From the NCBI GenBank assembly GCA_964016885.1, contig OZ024755.1, forward strand, positions 31,992,001-32,056,000: a stretch of DNA of 64,000 nucleotides, given 5' to 3'. A program made the position numbers and the translations under genes. The stretch comes from Eledone cirrhosa. Its lineage: Eukaryota. Of the stretch, positions 39,301-51,300 are shown in pieces. Position 1 is the first letter of the stretch. Every line of letters begins with the position of its first letter. Below the pieces are notes generated by a model. It saw only the letters and a list, made by a program, of their open reading frames with translations, ran no database searches and was not told where the DNA came from.

Positions 39301-42300
39301 TGCTATTTCATGTTTCTTATTGTTGCTATTTCATGTTTCTTATTGTTGCTATTTCATGTTTCCTATTGTTGCTATTTCATGTTTCCTATTGTTGCTATTT
39401 CATGTTTCTTGCTGTTAGTATCATATATATATATATACAATACTATAATAATATAAATAATTGTTTCTACTTTAGGCACAAGGCCAACAATTACCCAGTG
39501 CATTACTGGTACTTTATTTTATCGACCCCGTAAGGATGAAAGGCAAAGTCAACCTCGGCGGGATTTGAACTCAGATCGTAAAGGGACGTAACTATGCTGG
39601 AAAACATGGCGTCCGACCCTCTACCGATACTGCCAATCCACCTATAAATAATTGTTACTACTTTTGGCACAAGGCCAGCAATTACCCAGTACATTACTGG
39701 TACTTAATTTTATCGACCCCGTAAGGATGAAAGGCAAAGTTAACCTCGGCGGGATTTGAACTCAGACGTATAAATAATGAATGCATGGCGATCCGCTAAA
39801 CCTTCTCAACGTTTCTGGGCACTTTCAGTACCTCTGTCCTAAGCTATCCACAGTCTGAAAATGCTCCAACATTCAGCTATGTTCATATATGCATCAATTA
39901 TTTCATTAATGTTTCATAAGGCACATGGCTTAGTGGTTAGAGTATTGGGGTTGCAATCGAAAGGTTGTGAGTTTAATTCTCGGACCGGGTGATGTGTTGT
40001 TTCCTTGAGCAAGACACTTTATTTCACATTGCTCCAGTTTACTCAGCTGTAGAAATGAGTTGATAGGGACTGGGGTCCCTATCATTCCACTGCAAAGTGG
40101 TCGTGGAGGTGCCACGGCAAAAAAAGCACCCAGCACTCACTGCAAATGAGGTTGGTGTTAGGAAGGGCATCCAGCTGTAGAAATCAAGCCAGAATCAGTT
40201 CCCGTCACACCCTTGCAAGCAGGGAAAAGTGGACGTAAAATGAAATGAAATGATGAATGAAGATTGAAAATAATTAGCTATAGAATTGCCACAGTCATGC
40301 TCCCAAGGATTAGGTCTGATTTATGAGACATTTGCAGTTTTTACATTCCTATTTGTAAATATTTAACTCTTTAAAATGTATTTTTAACCTGTTCCAAATA
40401 TTTTTTCTTTATTGAAGTCTCTTCTCCATGAACCAATTTCTTGAAATATTGGGTGAAAGAAATAAGATATCTGCTGAAGCAATTTTGAATGTAAAACAGT
40501 TCATTGCTATGAACCAAACAAGTCCTAGTTTACTACAACTAAATAACAAAACTGAGAGCAAACCTGATCAACACTTAAAACAGGTATAGTTTCTATTTAT
40601 TTTACTTTCAAGTGTTGAAACACTTCAGAATGTTTTTTTAACTATTTAGTTACATTTCTTAAACCTTTTTGATATCAAACCACCTGAAACTGACCATGGT
40701 TCTATAATTCAAAACTGTTTATTTGAATTGTATATATTTATCTAAAACCCTTTCTTCATATAAGTATGTAAGAAATATAAGAGTGAGAAATGAAATTTCG
40801 TTTCATTTTTCCCTTTCTTCATAATTCTATGTAAAAACCTTTGTTATGTTCCAAATACCAACTTAATGAGTAAGTTAGTTATATTATTAAATATTTCCAG
40901 AGTCTTGATTATTCTCCAAACAATTTAAAAATTATAAGCAGTGTCTTTCATTAGAAATATGGTGATGAAAGGGTTAAGATATATCCATTATTACATTTTA
41001 AAAGATATATTCATTACTTTTGTCCTTTTATATTTGTCATTTAGCCCACTAAATAATTGTTTCTACTTTAGGCACAAGGCCAGCAATTACCCAGTGCATT
41101 ACTGGTACTTTATTTTATCGACCCCGTAAGGATGAAAGGCAAAGTCAACCTCGGCGGGATTTGAACTCAGATTGTAAAGGGACGTAACTATGCTGGAAAG
41201 CATGGCGTCCGACCCTCTACCGATACTGCCAAATAATATCCCTATAAAATGTTTGTTCTTGGTAGGGTGCTGTTTCAAAATATTATTGTATAGACTCATC
41301 TCTATAGGGTGGCCTACTTCAGCGCAATACCAAGTAGCTAAAATAGAAGCTAGATGAGGCACATGGCTTAGTGGTTAGAGCATTGGCCTTGCAATCGAAA
41401 GGTTGTGAGTTCAATTCTCAGACCGGGTGATGTGTTGTTTCTTGGAGCAAGACACTTTATTTCACATTGCTCCAGTTTACTCAGCTGTAGAAATGAGATG
41501 ATAGGGACTGAGGTCCCTATCATTCCACTGCAAAAAAGCACCCAGCACTCACTGTAAATGAGGTTGGTGTTAGGAAGGGCATCCAGCTGTAGAAATCAAG
41601 CCAGAATCAGTTCCCGTCCCACCCTTGCAAGCAGGGAAAAGCAGACGTAAAATGAAATGAGGATGATGATGATGACAGGTTTATAAAGCATGCAGAGAAG
41701 CAGATAGCAAGAGGTTTGCTAATGTGGTGCAATGTGAGTATCAATGGTATGAGGTGTTCTGCATTGCAAAGCAATGTGTCAGTATAAGTCGAGATGTCAT
41801 TGGAGAGAAGTGTATTTGATATCACATACACTATCTAAGTTTAAAGTCTGTCTTAAGTCAGAGGGGTCATTTGGCCGGTGCTGATCTTGGTTTCATAGCG
41901 TGAAGCAACTGAGAGTTACGACCTTTTATGTTCTGAGTTCAAATAACAGTGCCAAGGTTAGCTTTGCCTTTCATCCTTACGGGGGTCGATAAAATAAAGT
42001 ACCAGTAATGCGTTGGGGTCGATTTAATCGACTTTCCCCTCCCCGGAAATCGCTGACTTTGTGCCTAAAATAGAAACAATTATTATTTTCATCATTTTGT
42101 TCATTTTTCATACTTGATCTGTTATTTTGAGAAATCTGAGATAAAAATCTACTTCTGTTTGGTTTTACAGGCCTTAGATTTCCAAAAACGAGCTGACATG
42201 TGTAGTCAACCTATTGCTAAAAGATTGTTTACCATCATGGAGAAGAAGAGAAGTAATCTAATTATTTCTGTTGATCTTACAAGTTGTGCAAAAATACTCG

Positions 42301-45300
42301 AGGTAAGGAAGCAAAATGTTTTATTATGTATAAAGAATTTAGGGCGGTGGTTTGGCAGTATCGGTAGAGCGTCAGACACCGTGCTGTGCAGCATAGAGTT
42401 ATGGCCCATTACTGCCATGTAAGGCGGTGGATTGGCAGTATTGGTTGAGTGTCGGACACCGTGCTTTGTAGCATAGAGTTTTGGCCCTTTATCGCCATGT
42501 AATGCTGTGGATTGACAGTATTGGTAGAGCGTTGGACACCATGCTTTGCAGCATTGAGTTATAGCCCTTTACTGCCATATAAGGCATAAATGTTACCTCA
42601 CTAGTTATTGATTAAATATTAAATTGTGTCATGTTAAATACACTGCAACAACCTCCCTAGTGCTGGTGCCATGTTAAATACACAGCAACAACCTCCCTAG
42701 TGCTGGTGCCATGTTAAATACACAGCAACAACCTCTCTAGTGCTGGTGCCATGTTAAATACACAACAACAACCTCCCTAGTGCTGGTGCCATGTTAAATA
42801 CACAGCAACAACCTCCCTAGTGCTGGTGCCATGTTAAATACACAGCAACAACCTCCCTAGTGCTGGTGCCATGTTAAATACACAACAACAACCTTCCTAG
42901 TGCTGGGGCCATGTTAAATACACAGCAACAACCTCCCTAGTGCTGGTGCCATGTTAAATACACAGCAACAACCTCCCTAGTGCTGGTGCCATGTTAAATA
43001 CACAGCAACAACCTCCCTAGTGCTGGTGCCATGTTAAATTCGCAGCAACAAGCTCCCTAGTACTGGTGCCATGTTAAATACACAGCAACAACCTCCCTAG
43101 TGCTGGTGCCATGTTAAATGCACAGCAACAACCTCTCTAGTGCAGGTGCCATGTTAAATACACAGCGACGACTTCCCTAGTGCTGGTGCCATGTTAAATA
43201 CACAGCAACAACCTCCCTAGTGTTGGTGCCATGTTAAATACACAACAACAACCTCCCTAGTGCTGGTGCCATGTTAAATACACTGCAACAACCTCCCTTG
43301 TGCTGGTGCCATGTTAAATACACTGCAACAACCTCCTTAGTGCTGGTGCCATGTTAAATACACTGCAACAACCTCCCTAGTGCTGGTGCCATGTTAAATA
43401 CACAGCAACAACCTCCCTAGTGCTGGTGCCATGTTAAATACACTGCAACAACCTCCTTAGTGCTGGTGCCATGTTAAATACACTGCAACAACCTCCCTAG
43501 TGCTGGTGCCATGTTAAATACAGAACAACAAGCTCGCTAGTGCTGGTGCCATGTTAAATTCACAGCAACAAGCTCCCTAGTGCTGGTGCCATGTTAAATA
43601 CACAGCAACAACCTCCCTAGTGTTAGTGCCATGTTAAATACACAACAACAACCTCCCTAGTGCTGGTGCCATGTTAAATACACTGCAACAACCTCCCTTG
43701 TGCTGGTGCCATGTTAAATACACTGCAACAACCTCCTTAGTGCTGGTGCCATGTTAAATACACTGCAACAACCTCCCTAGTGCTGGTGCCATGTTAAATA
43801 CACAGCAACAACCTCCCTAGTGCTGGTGCCATGTTAAATACACTGCAACAACCTCCTTAGTGCTGGTGCCATGTTAAATACACTGCAACAACCTCCCTAG
43901 TGCTGGTGCCATGTTAAATACAGAACAACAAGCTCGCTAGTGCTGGTGCCATGTTAAATTCACAGCAACAAGCTCCCTAGTGCTGGTGCCATGTTAAATA
44001 CACAGCAACAACCTCGTTAGTGCTGGTGCCATGTGAAATACACAGCAACAACCTCCCTAATGCTGGTGCCATGTTAAATACACAGCGACGACTTCCCTAG
44101 TGCTGGTGCCATGTTAAATACACAGCAACAACCTCCCTAGTGCTGGTGCCATGTTAAATACAGAACAACAAGCTCGCTAGTGCTGGTGCCATGTTAAATA
44201 CACTGCAACAACCTCCCTAGTGCTGGTGCCATGTTAAATACAGAACAACAAGCTCGCTAGTGCTGGTGCCATGTTAAATACACAGCAACAACCTCCCTAG
44301 TGCTGGTGCCATGTTAAATACAGAACAACAAGCTCGCTAGTGCTGGTGCCATGTTAAATACACTGCAACAACCTCCCTAGTGCTGGTGCCATGTTAAATA
44401 CAGAACAACAAGCTCGCTAGTGCTGGTGCCATGTTAAATACACTGCAACAACCTCCCTAGTGCTGGTGCCATGTTAAATACAGAACAACAAGCTCGCTAG
44501 TGCTGGTGCCATGTTAAATACACTGCAACAACCTCCCTAGTGCTGGTGCCATGTTAAATACAGAACAACAACCTCCCTAGTGCTGGTGCCATGTTAAATA
44601 CACAGCAACAACCTCCCTAGTGCAGGTGCCATGTTAAATACACAGCGACGACTTCCCTAGTGCTGGTGCCATGTTAAATACACAGCAACAACCTCCCTAG
44701 TGTTGGTGCCATGTTAAATACACAACAACAACCTCCCTAGTGCTGGTGCCATGTTAAATACACTGCAACAACCTCCCTTGTGCTGGTGCCATGTTAAATA
44801 CACTGCAACAACCTCCTTAGTGCTGGTGCCATGTTAAATACACTGCAACAACCTCCCTAGTGCTGGTGCCATGTTAAATACACAGCAACAACCTCCCTAG
44901 TGCTGGTGCCATGTTAAATACACTGCAACAACCTCCTTAGTGCTGGTGCCATGTTAAATACACTGCAACAACCTCCCTAGTGCTGGTGCCATGTTAAATA
45001 CAGAACAACAAGCTCGCTAGTGCTGGTGCCATGTTAAATTCACAGCAACAAGCTCCTTAGTGCTGGTGCCATGTTAAATACACAGCAACAACCTCCCTAG
45101 TGTTAGTGCCATGTTAAATACACAACAACAACCTCCCTAGTGCTGGTGCCATGTTAAATACACTGCAACAACCTCCCTTGTGCTGGTGCCATGTTAAATA
45201 CACTGCAACAACCTCCTTAGTGCTGGTGCCATGTTAAATACACTGCAACAACCTCCCTAGTGCTGGTGCCATGTTAAATACACAGCAACAACCTCCCTAG

Positions 45301-48300
45301 TGCTGGTGCCATGTTAAATACACTGCAACAACCTCCTTAGTGCTGGTGCCATGTTAAATACACTGCAACAACCTCCCTAGTGCTGGTGCCATGTTAAATA
45401 CAGAACAACAAGCTCGCTAGTGCTGGTGCCATGTTAAATTCACAGCAACAAGCTCCCTAGTGCTGGTGCCATGTTAAATACACAGCAACAACCTCGTTAG
45501 TGCTGGTGCCATGTGAAATACACAGCAACAACCTCCCTAATGCTGGTGCCATGTTAAATACACAGCGACGACTTCCCTAGTGCTGGTGCCATGTTAAATA
45601 CACAGCAACAACCTCCCTAGTGCTGGTGCCATGTTAAATACAGAACAACAAGCTCGCTAGTGCTGGTGCCATGTTAAATACACTGCAACAACCTCCCTAG
45701 TGCTGGTGCCATGTTAAATACAGAACAACAAGCTCGCTAGTGCTGGTGCCATGTTAAATACACTGCAACAACCTCCCTAGTGCTGGTGCCATGTTAAATA
45801 CAGAACAACAACCTCCCTAGTGCTGGTGCCATGTTAAATACACAGCAACAACCTCCCTAGTGCTGGTGCCATGTTAAATACACTGCAACAACCTCCTTAG
45901 TGCTGGTGCCATGTTAAATTCACAGCAACAACCTCCCTAGTGCTGGTGTCATGTTAAATACCAGCAACAACCTCCCTAGTGCTGGTGCCATGTTCAATAC
46001 AGAGCAACAACCTCCCTAGTACTGGTGCCATGTTAAATACACAACGACGACTTCCCTAGTGCTGGTGCCATGTTAAATTCACAGCAACAAGCTCCCTAGT
46101 ACTGGTGCCATGTTAAATTTGCAGCAACAAGCTCCCTAGTGCTGGTACCATGTTAAATACACAGCAACAAGCTCCCTAGTGCTGGTGCCATGTTCAATAC
46201 ACAGCAACAAGCTCCCTAGTGCTGGTGCCATGTTAAATACACAGCAACAAGCTCCCTAGTGCTGGTGCCATGTTCAATACACAGCAACAACCTCCCTAGT
46301 GCTGGTGCCATGTTAAATTCACAGCAACAAGCTCCCTAGTGCTGGTGCCATGTTAAATACACAGCAACAAGCTCCCTAGTGTTGGTGCCATGTTAAATAC
46401 ACAGCAACAACCCCTCTAGTGCTGGTGCCATGTTAAATACACAGCAACAAGCTCCCTAGTGCTGGTGCCATGTTAAATACACAGCAACAAGCTCCCTAGT
46501 GCTGGTGCCATGTTAAATACACAGCAACAACCTCCCTAGTGCTGGTGCCATGTTAAATTCATAGCAACAAGCTCCCTTGTGCTGGGGCCATGTTAAATAC
46601 ACAGCACACACTGTTGAGTGCAGGAATGTATGCAAGTGAGATGAGATTTTCGCCATTATGAGAGATAAGTGGCTCCGATTTAGTACTGGCTTGGTCTCTG
46701 ACAACCCATCCAATTTTTGCTAGCAGGGAAAACATGATATTGGAGTGAACCAAGCATGTACAGCTAAATTTATTTTAATTAGATTACTTAAGTAAAAAAT
46801 ACTATTAACTATTATCCGATAAGTTTGCTTACTTTATTTCATGTAATGCTTCTAATATTGTCTTATTCTTGTGCATCTCATCTACAGTTCTGGTTTTCTA
46901 TCAGTCTGTACCATATCACTCCACACGTTTTCTATATTCTGATGTCAGGATAAAAAGCACTCGGTAGACATTGTGAAGTAGTAATTGTTAGGAAGGGCAT
47001 CTAGCCACAGGAACCATGCCAAAAATAGAATGTATGAGCAAGACGCAGTCATCTGAGATGTTGGACACGTTCGGCTTTGTTGTTATCGGAGAGTTCGTAG
47101 CCAATTTCTATACTTTTCCGAGCGTTTTGAGACAACGAATGATGGTCGAATGGTCCACATTGAAGTCTTCGGCCAACATTCTCGTTGTCAAGCTTTCTTC
47201 CTCTTCCACGGCTGCCAAAAGTGCCCGGTCGTTGAAATTTGATGGTCGACCTCTTCCTTCTTCATCTGCGAGGTTTGTATCGCCTGATTTGAACTTCCTG
47301 AACCATCTTTCAACTTGGCTTTTGCTGATTGTTCCTTCACCAAAAAGTTCATTGAGATCGCGAAATGACTGTGCTGGATTCCAACCTTTCTCGAAGTGGT
47401 AGAGCATAATATGACAAATGTGGATATGATTTCCGATACGTGTTCTGAAAAGAGAAAACCCCGACCGTCATTTAAAGATGTTTTTGTTAAATATTGTTAT
47501 TGTTTTTGTTAAATAAAATTTGTTGAAAAAAGGCCGCAATAATTATACACCAACCCAATATATATATATTTTGATATCTGATGGAGGCACATGGCTTAGT
47601 GGTTAGAGCATTGGCCTTGCAATCGAAAGGTTGTGAGTTCAATTCTCAGACTGGGTGATGTGTTGTTTCCTTGAGCAAGACACTTTATTTCACATTGCTC
47701 CAGTTTACTCAGCTGTAGAAATGAGATGATAGGGACTGGGGTCCCTATCATTCCACTGTAAAGTGGTCGTGGAGCTGCCACGGCAAAAAAGCACCCAGCA
47801 CTCACTGTAAATGAGGTTGGTGTTAGGAAGGGCATCCAGCTGTAGAAATTAAGCCAGAATCAGTTCCCGTCCCACCCTTGCAAGCAGGGAAAAGCGGACG
47901 TAAAATGAAATGATGATGATCTGAAGATATAAATTGAGATTACTGTTCTTTCTCTCTTCATTTCAGATAGTTGAGAAACTCGCTCCATATGTTTGTGCGG
48001 TGAAAACACACATTGATATTGTTTTAGATTTCAATATGGACTTTATCTCACAGCTTGTTAAACTATCGGAAGAATTTGATTTTATTTTATTTGAAGACAG
48101 GTATGAATTATATCATTTTAAGAATTTAACTGGAATTAATTTGAAATATATTATTTTTCTAGATAACTTGTTATTCACCCTTTAGCACTTAAACTGGCTG
48201 TATCCTGTCAGAACTCTGTAACTGGCCTCTCATAATGATGTTAAGGTAGTGTTTTCAAAATAAATAACATCAAAATCTCCTAGATTCGATATTATGTGCA

Positions 48301-51300
48301 GTAAAGTCTGTAGTGACTGAGATGGTCGCTTAGCAACTAGCAGTTGCCTCCCCTTAACAACTCTTCAGAGAGCGGAGGCAAGAGACATTCGGTCACAGAC
48401 GCGGACATGAACAGACGTGAAAGGATTCGCTCCTCAAAGAAATATTGACCATGCTGGCTTCGTGAGGGACTATGTGTAAATGCCCTCCTTTGGATCAAGG
48501 ACGCCATGTTATCTCGACTAATATGCACTCGCTTATTCTTTCGTTATTCCTGCACCGGAGAATATAATTACACTACTTCTATTAACCCACAAGGTATGTT
48601 TGAATTGATATTGTACATAATTTATTAAATGTCGCATTTAATAAAGGTTCGTTGATTTTTTACTGTTCACCCCCCTTCTGGAGTCATTTATTTCTACAAA
48701 GAGAAACGATGTATTGTCTATTCATCCACAATCATTCTTTTCCTTTATTGGTGACCCCGACGTGATTTGAACACGCAGCCTTCTGATATATAAGTCTTTA
48801 TTGTGAAAATATAATAGTAATTATAGAATAATGTAAATGCTGAAGGGTTAAAGTAACATAAAAATTTGATATAAAAAGGATATTAGACTATAACAATTTG
48901 TTAGATGGAGATAGTAGATTCAGATGAAAAGAAACTATTGTAATAAAGGTTTGTGATTTAGGGACAAGGCCAATAATTTGGGAACAGGGGGAAAGTTTAT
49001 TACATCGACACCAGTACATTACTGGTGCTTTGTCAACCCCATAAAGATGAAAGGCAAAGCTAGCCTCAGCGGGATTTGAACTCAGAGCATAAAGGGCCGT
49101 AACTCTATGCTGCAAAGTATGTACGACGCCCAACCAATCCTGCCAATCCACCGCCCTATTGTAATAATGACAAAGAGAAAGTGTGACCCAGTATATAGCA
49201 GGTAGTATAAGAATATTAGTGAATGTGGGTTTGTTTTTTGTATCATCATCATCATCATCATCCTTTTACGTCTGCTTTTCCCTGCTTGGACAATATTTCC
49301 TTGTGAAAAGTATTTTGTGGTCTGAACAAAGATAATCCGATTCTTAGTCCCATTTCTTTGTTAGATAGCCAGACTGGTTAATATAAATTCATTACACTCT
49401 AGAAGCTGTATCACCAACAATTGTGTCATAGCTAAAGGGTTATGGTATTGTTATCAAAATCTCATAGATTTGATATTATGTGAGATAAAGCCTTAACCAC
49501 AAAATACAATAGTAAACATAGAATAATGTAAATGCTAAAGGGTTAATATGAGAATGGCTGTCCTTTTGAATTTCTTTAAACAGAAACACTTAGATCTTCT
49601 TGAGTGAATGTTCAACTTCACATGGGAAGTTAATCTCCTTAGATCTTCTTGAGTGAATGTTCAACTTCACATGGGAAGTTAATCTCAAGAAGATATGTAA
49701 TTTTATTGGTAAATTACCAACACCCTAATGGCTTTCTTCCTTGGAGGATGGATTGCTGTTTTGATATTGTTCATAAGGATTAACCTCACAAAACTCACAG
49801 GTGACATCCTTCCAGATTGTGGTTTAAGAAAATGGATATATTTATCACTGTTTAACCCTTTAGCATTTACATTACTCTATATATACTATTGTATTTTCAC
49901 AGTAAAGGCTTTACCTCACATAATATTGAATCTATGAGATTGTGATATTATTTATTTTGAGAACAATACCTTAACATCAGTATAAATAGCCAGTTTGAAC
50001 AGAAAGAGGTGAGAGAATTGTGGCTGGATACGGCTGGTTTAAAAGCAAAAGGGCTAATGTCTATTTTCATGAGTTAGATGGTTTATTGCGTGCTGAAGCC
50101 CGACTGGACAGGTGATCATGTCCTCGAATGCTCCATTTTGGCTTGGTTTATGCAGATGGGTGCTCTTCTGTACACCATCCACTGGGAGCATTTTGTCGTG
50201 ACTCCAGCACTACCATTTTACAGGGTGGACTGGGAGCATTTTGTCTTGACTCCAGCACTACCATTTTACAGGGTGGACTAGGAGCATTTTGTCATGACTC
50301 CAGCACTACCATTTTACAGGGTGGGCTGGGAGCATTTTGTCATGACTCCAGCACTACCATTTTACAGGGTGGACTGGGAGCATTTTGTCATGACTCCAGC
50401 ACTACCATTTTACAGGGTGGACTGGGAGCATTTTGTCATGACTCCAGCACTACCATTTTACAGGGTGGGCTGGGAGCATTTTGTCATGACTCCAGCACTA
50501 CCATTTTACAGGGTGGACTGGGAGCATTTTGTCATGACTCCAGCACTACCATTTTACAGGGTGGACTGGGAGCATTTTGTCATGACTCCAGCACTACCAT
50601 TTTACAGGGTGGACTGGGAGCATTTTGTCATGACTCCAGCACTACCATTTTACAGGGTGTGCTGGGAGCATTTTGTCGTGACTCCAGCACTACCATTTTA
50701 CAGGGTGGGCTGGGAGCATTTTGTCATGACTCCAGCACTACCATTTTACAGGGTGTGCTGGGAGCATTTTGTCGTGACTCCAGCACTACCATTTTACAGG
50801 GTGGGCTGGGAGCATTTTGTCATGACTCCAGCACTACCATTTTACAGGGTGGACTGGGAGCATTTTGTCATGACTCCAGCACTACCATTTTACAGGGTGT
50901 GCTGGGAGCATTTTGTCATGACTCCAGCACTACCATTTTACATAGTGGGATGGGTGCTTTTCATTGTGGCACCATTACTACCATTTTACAGAGTCGACTG
51001 GGTGCATTTTATTATGGCACCACCCCTTCTTGAAAACTAGCTACACATGTGAACATAATTTTCCCATTTTAAAACAAAAGTTTTGAAATATTTATAATTT
51101 ATTCTAGAAAATTTTCAGACATTGGTGCTACTGTTTTTAATCAATATACTGGAGGTGTTTATCATATTTCCAATTGGGCTCACCTGGTAAATGCACATCC
51201 TGTACCTGGGGATGGAGTAATTAAAGGTATGAAAAAGGTAAGTAAAAAAAGCTACTTTCCAACTTATGCCACATCACATTTATCACAAAATAACTAATTT

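Noticed and set aside
42631-46607. CRISPR-like regular repeats (also 61243-62138 and 60368-60639)
   Set aside because: Units are contiguous with no unique spacers, there are no cas genes, and the context is eukaryotic.
48749-48787. Functional tRNA-Trp gene
   Set aside because: Only the 3' half is present, the CCA is encoded, and there is no D arm or anticodon.
49589-49686. 49-bp direct duplication
   Set aside because: A simple two-copy local duplication with no further structure.
51108-51126. DRKFSDIG instead of the usual DRKFADIG in OMP decarboxylase
   Set aside because: Conservative change at a non-catalytic position; the D-x-K-x-x-D residues are intact.
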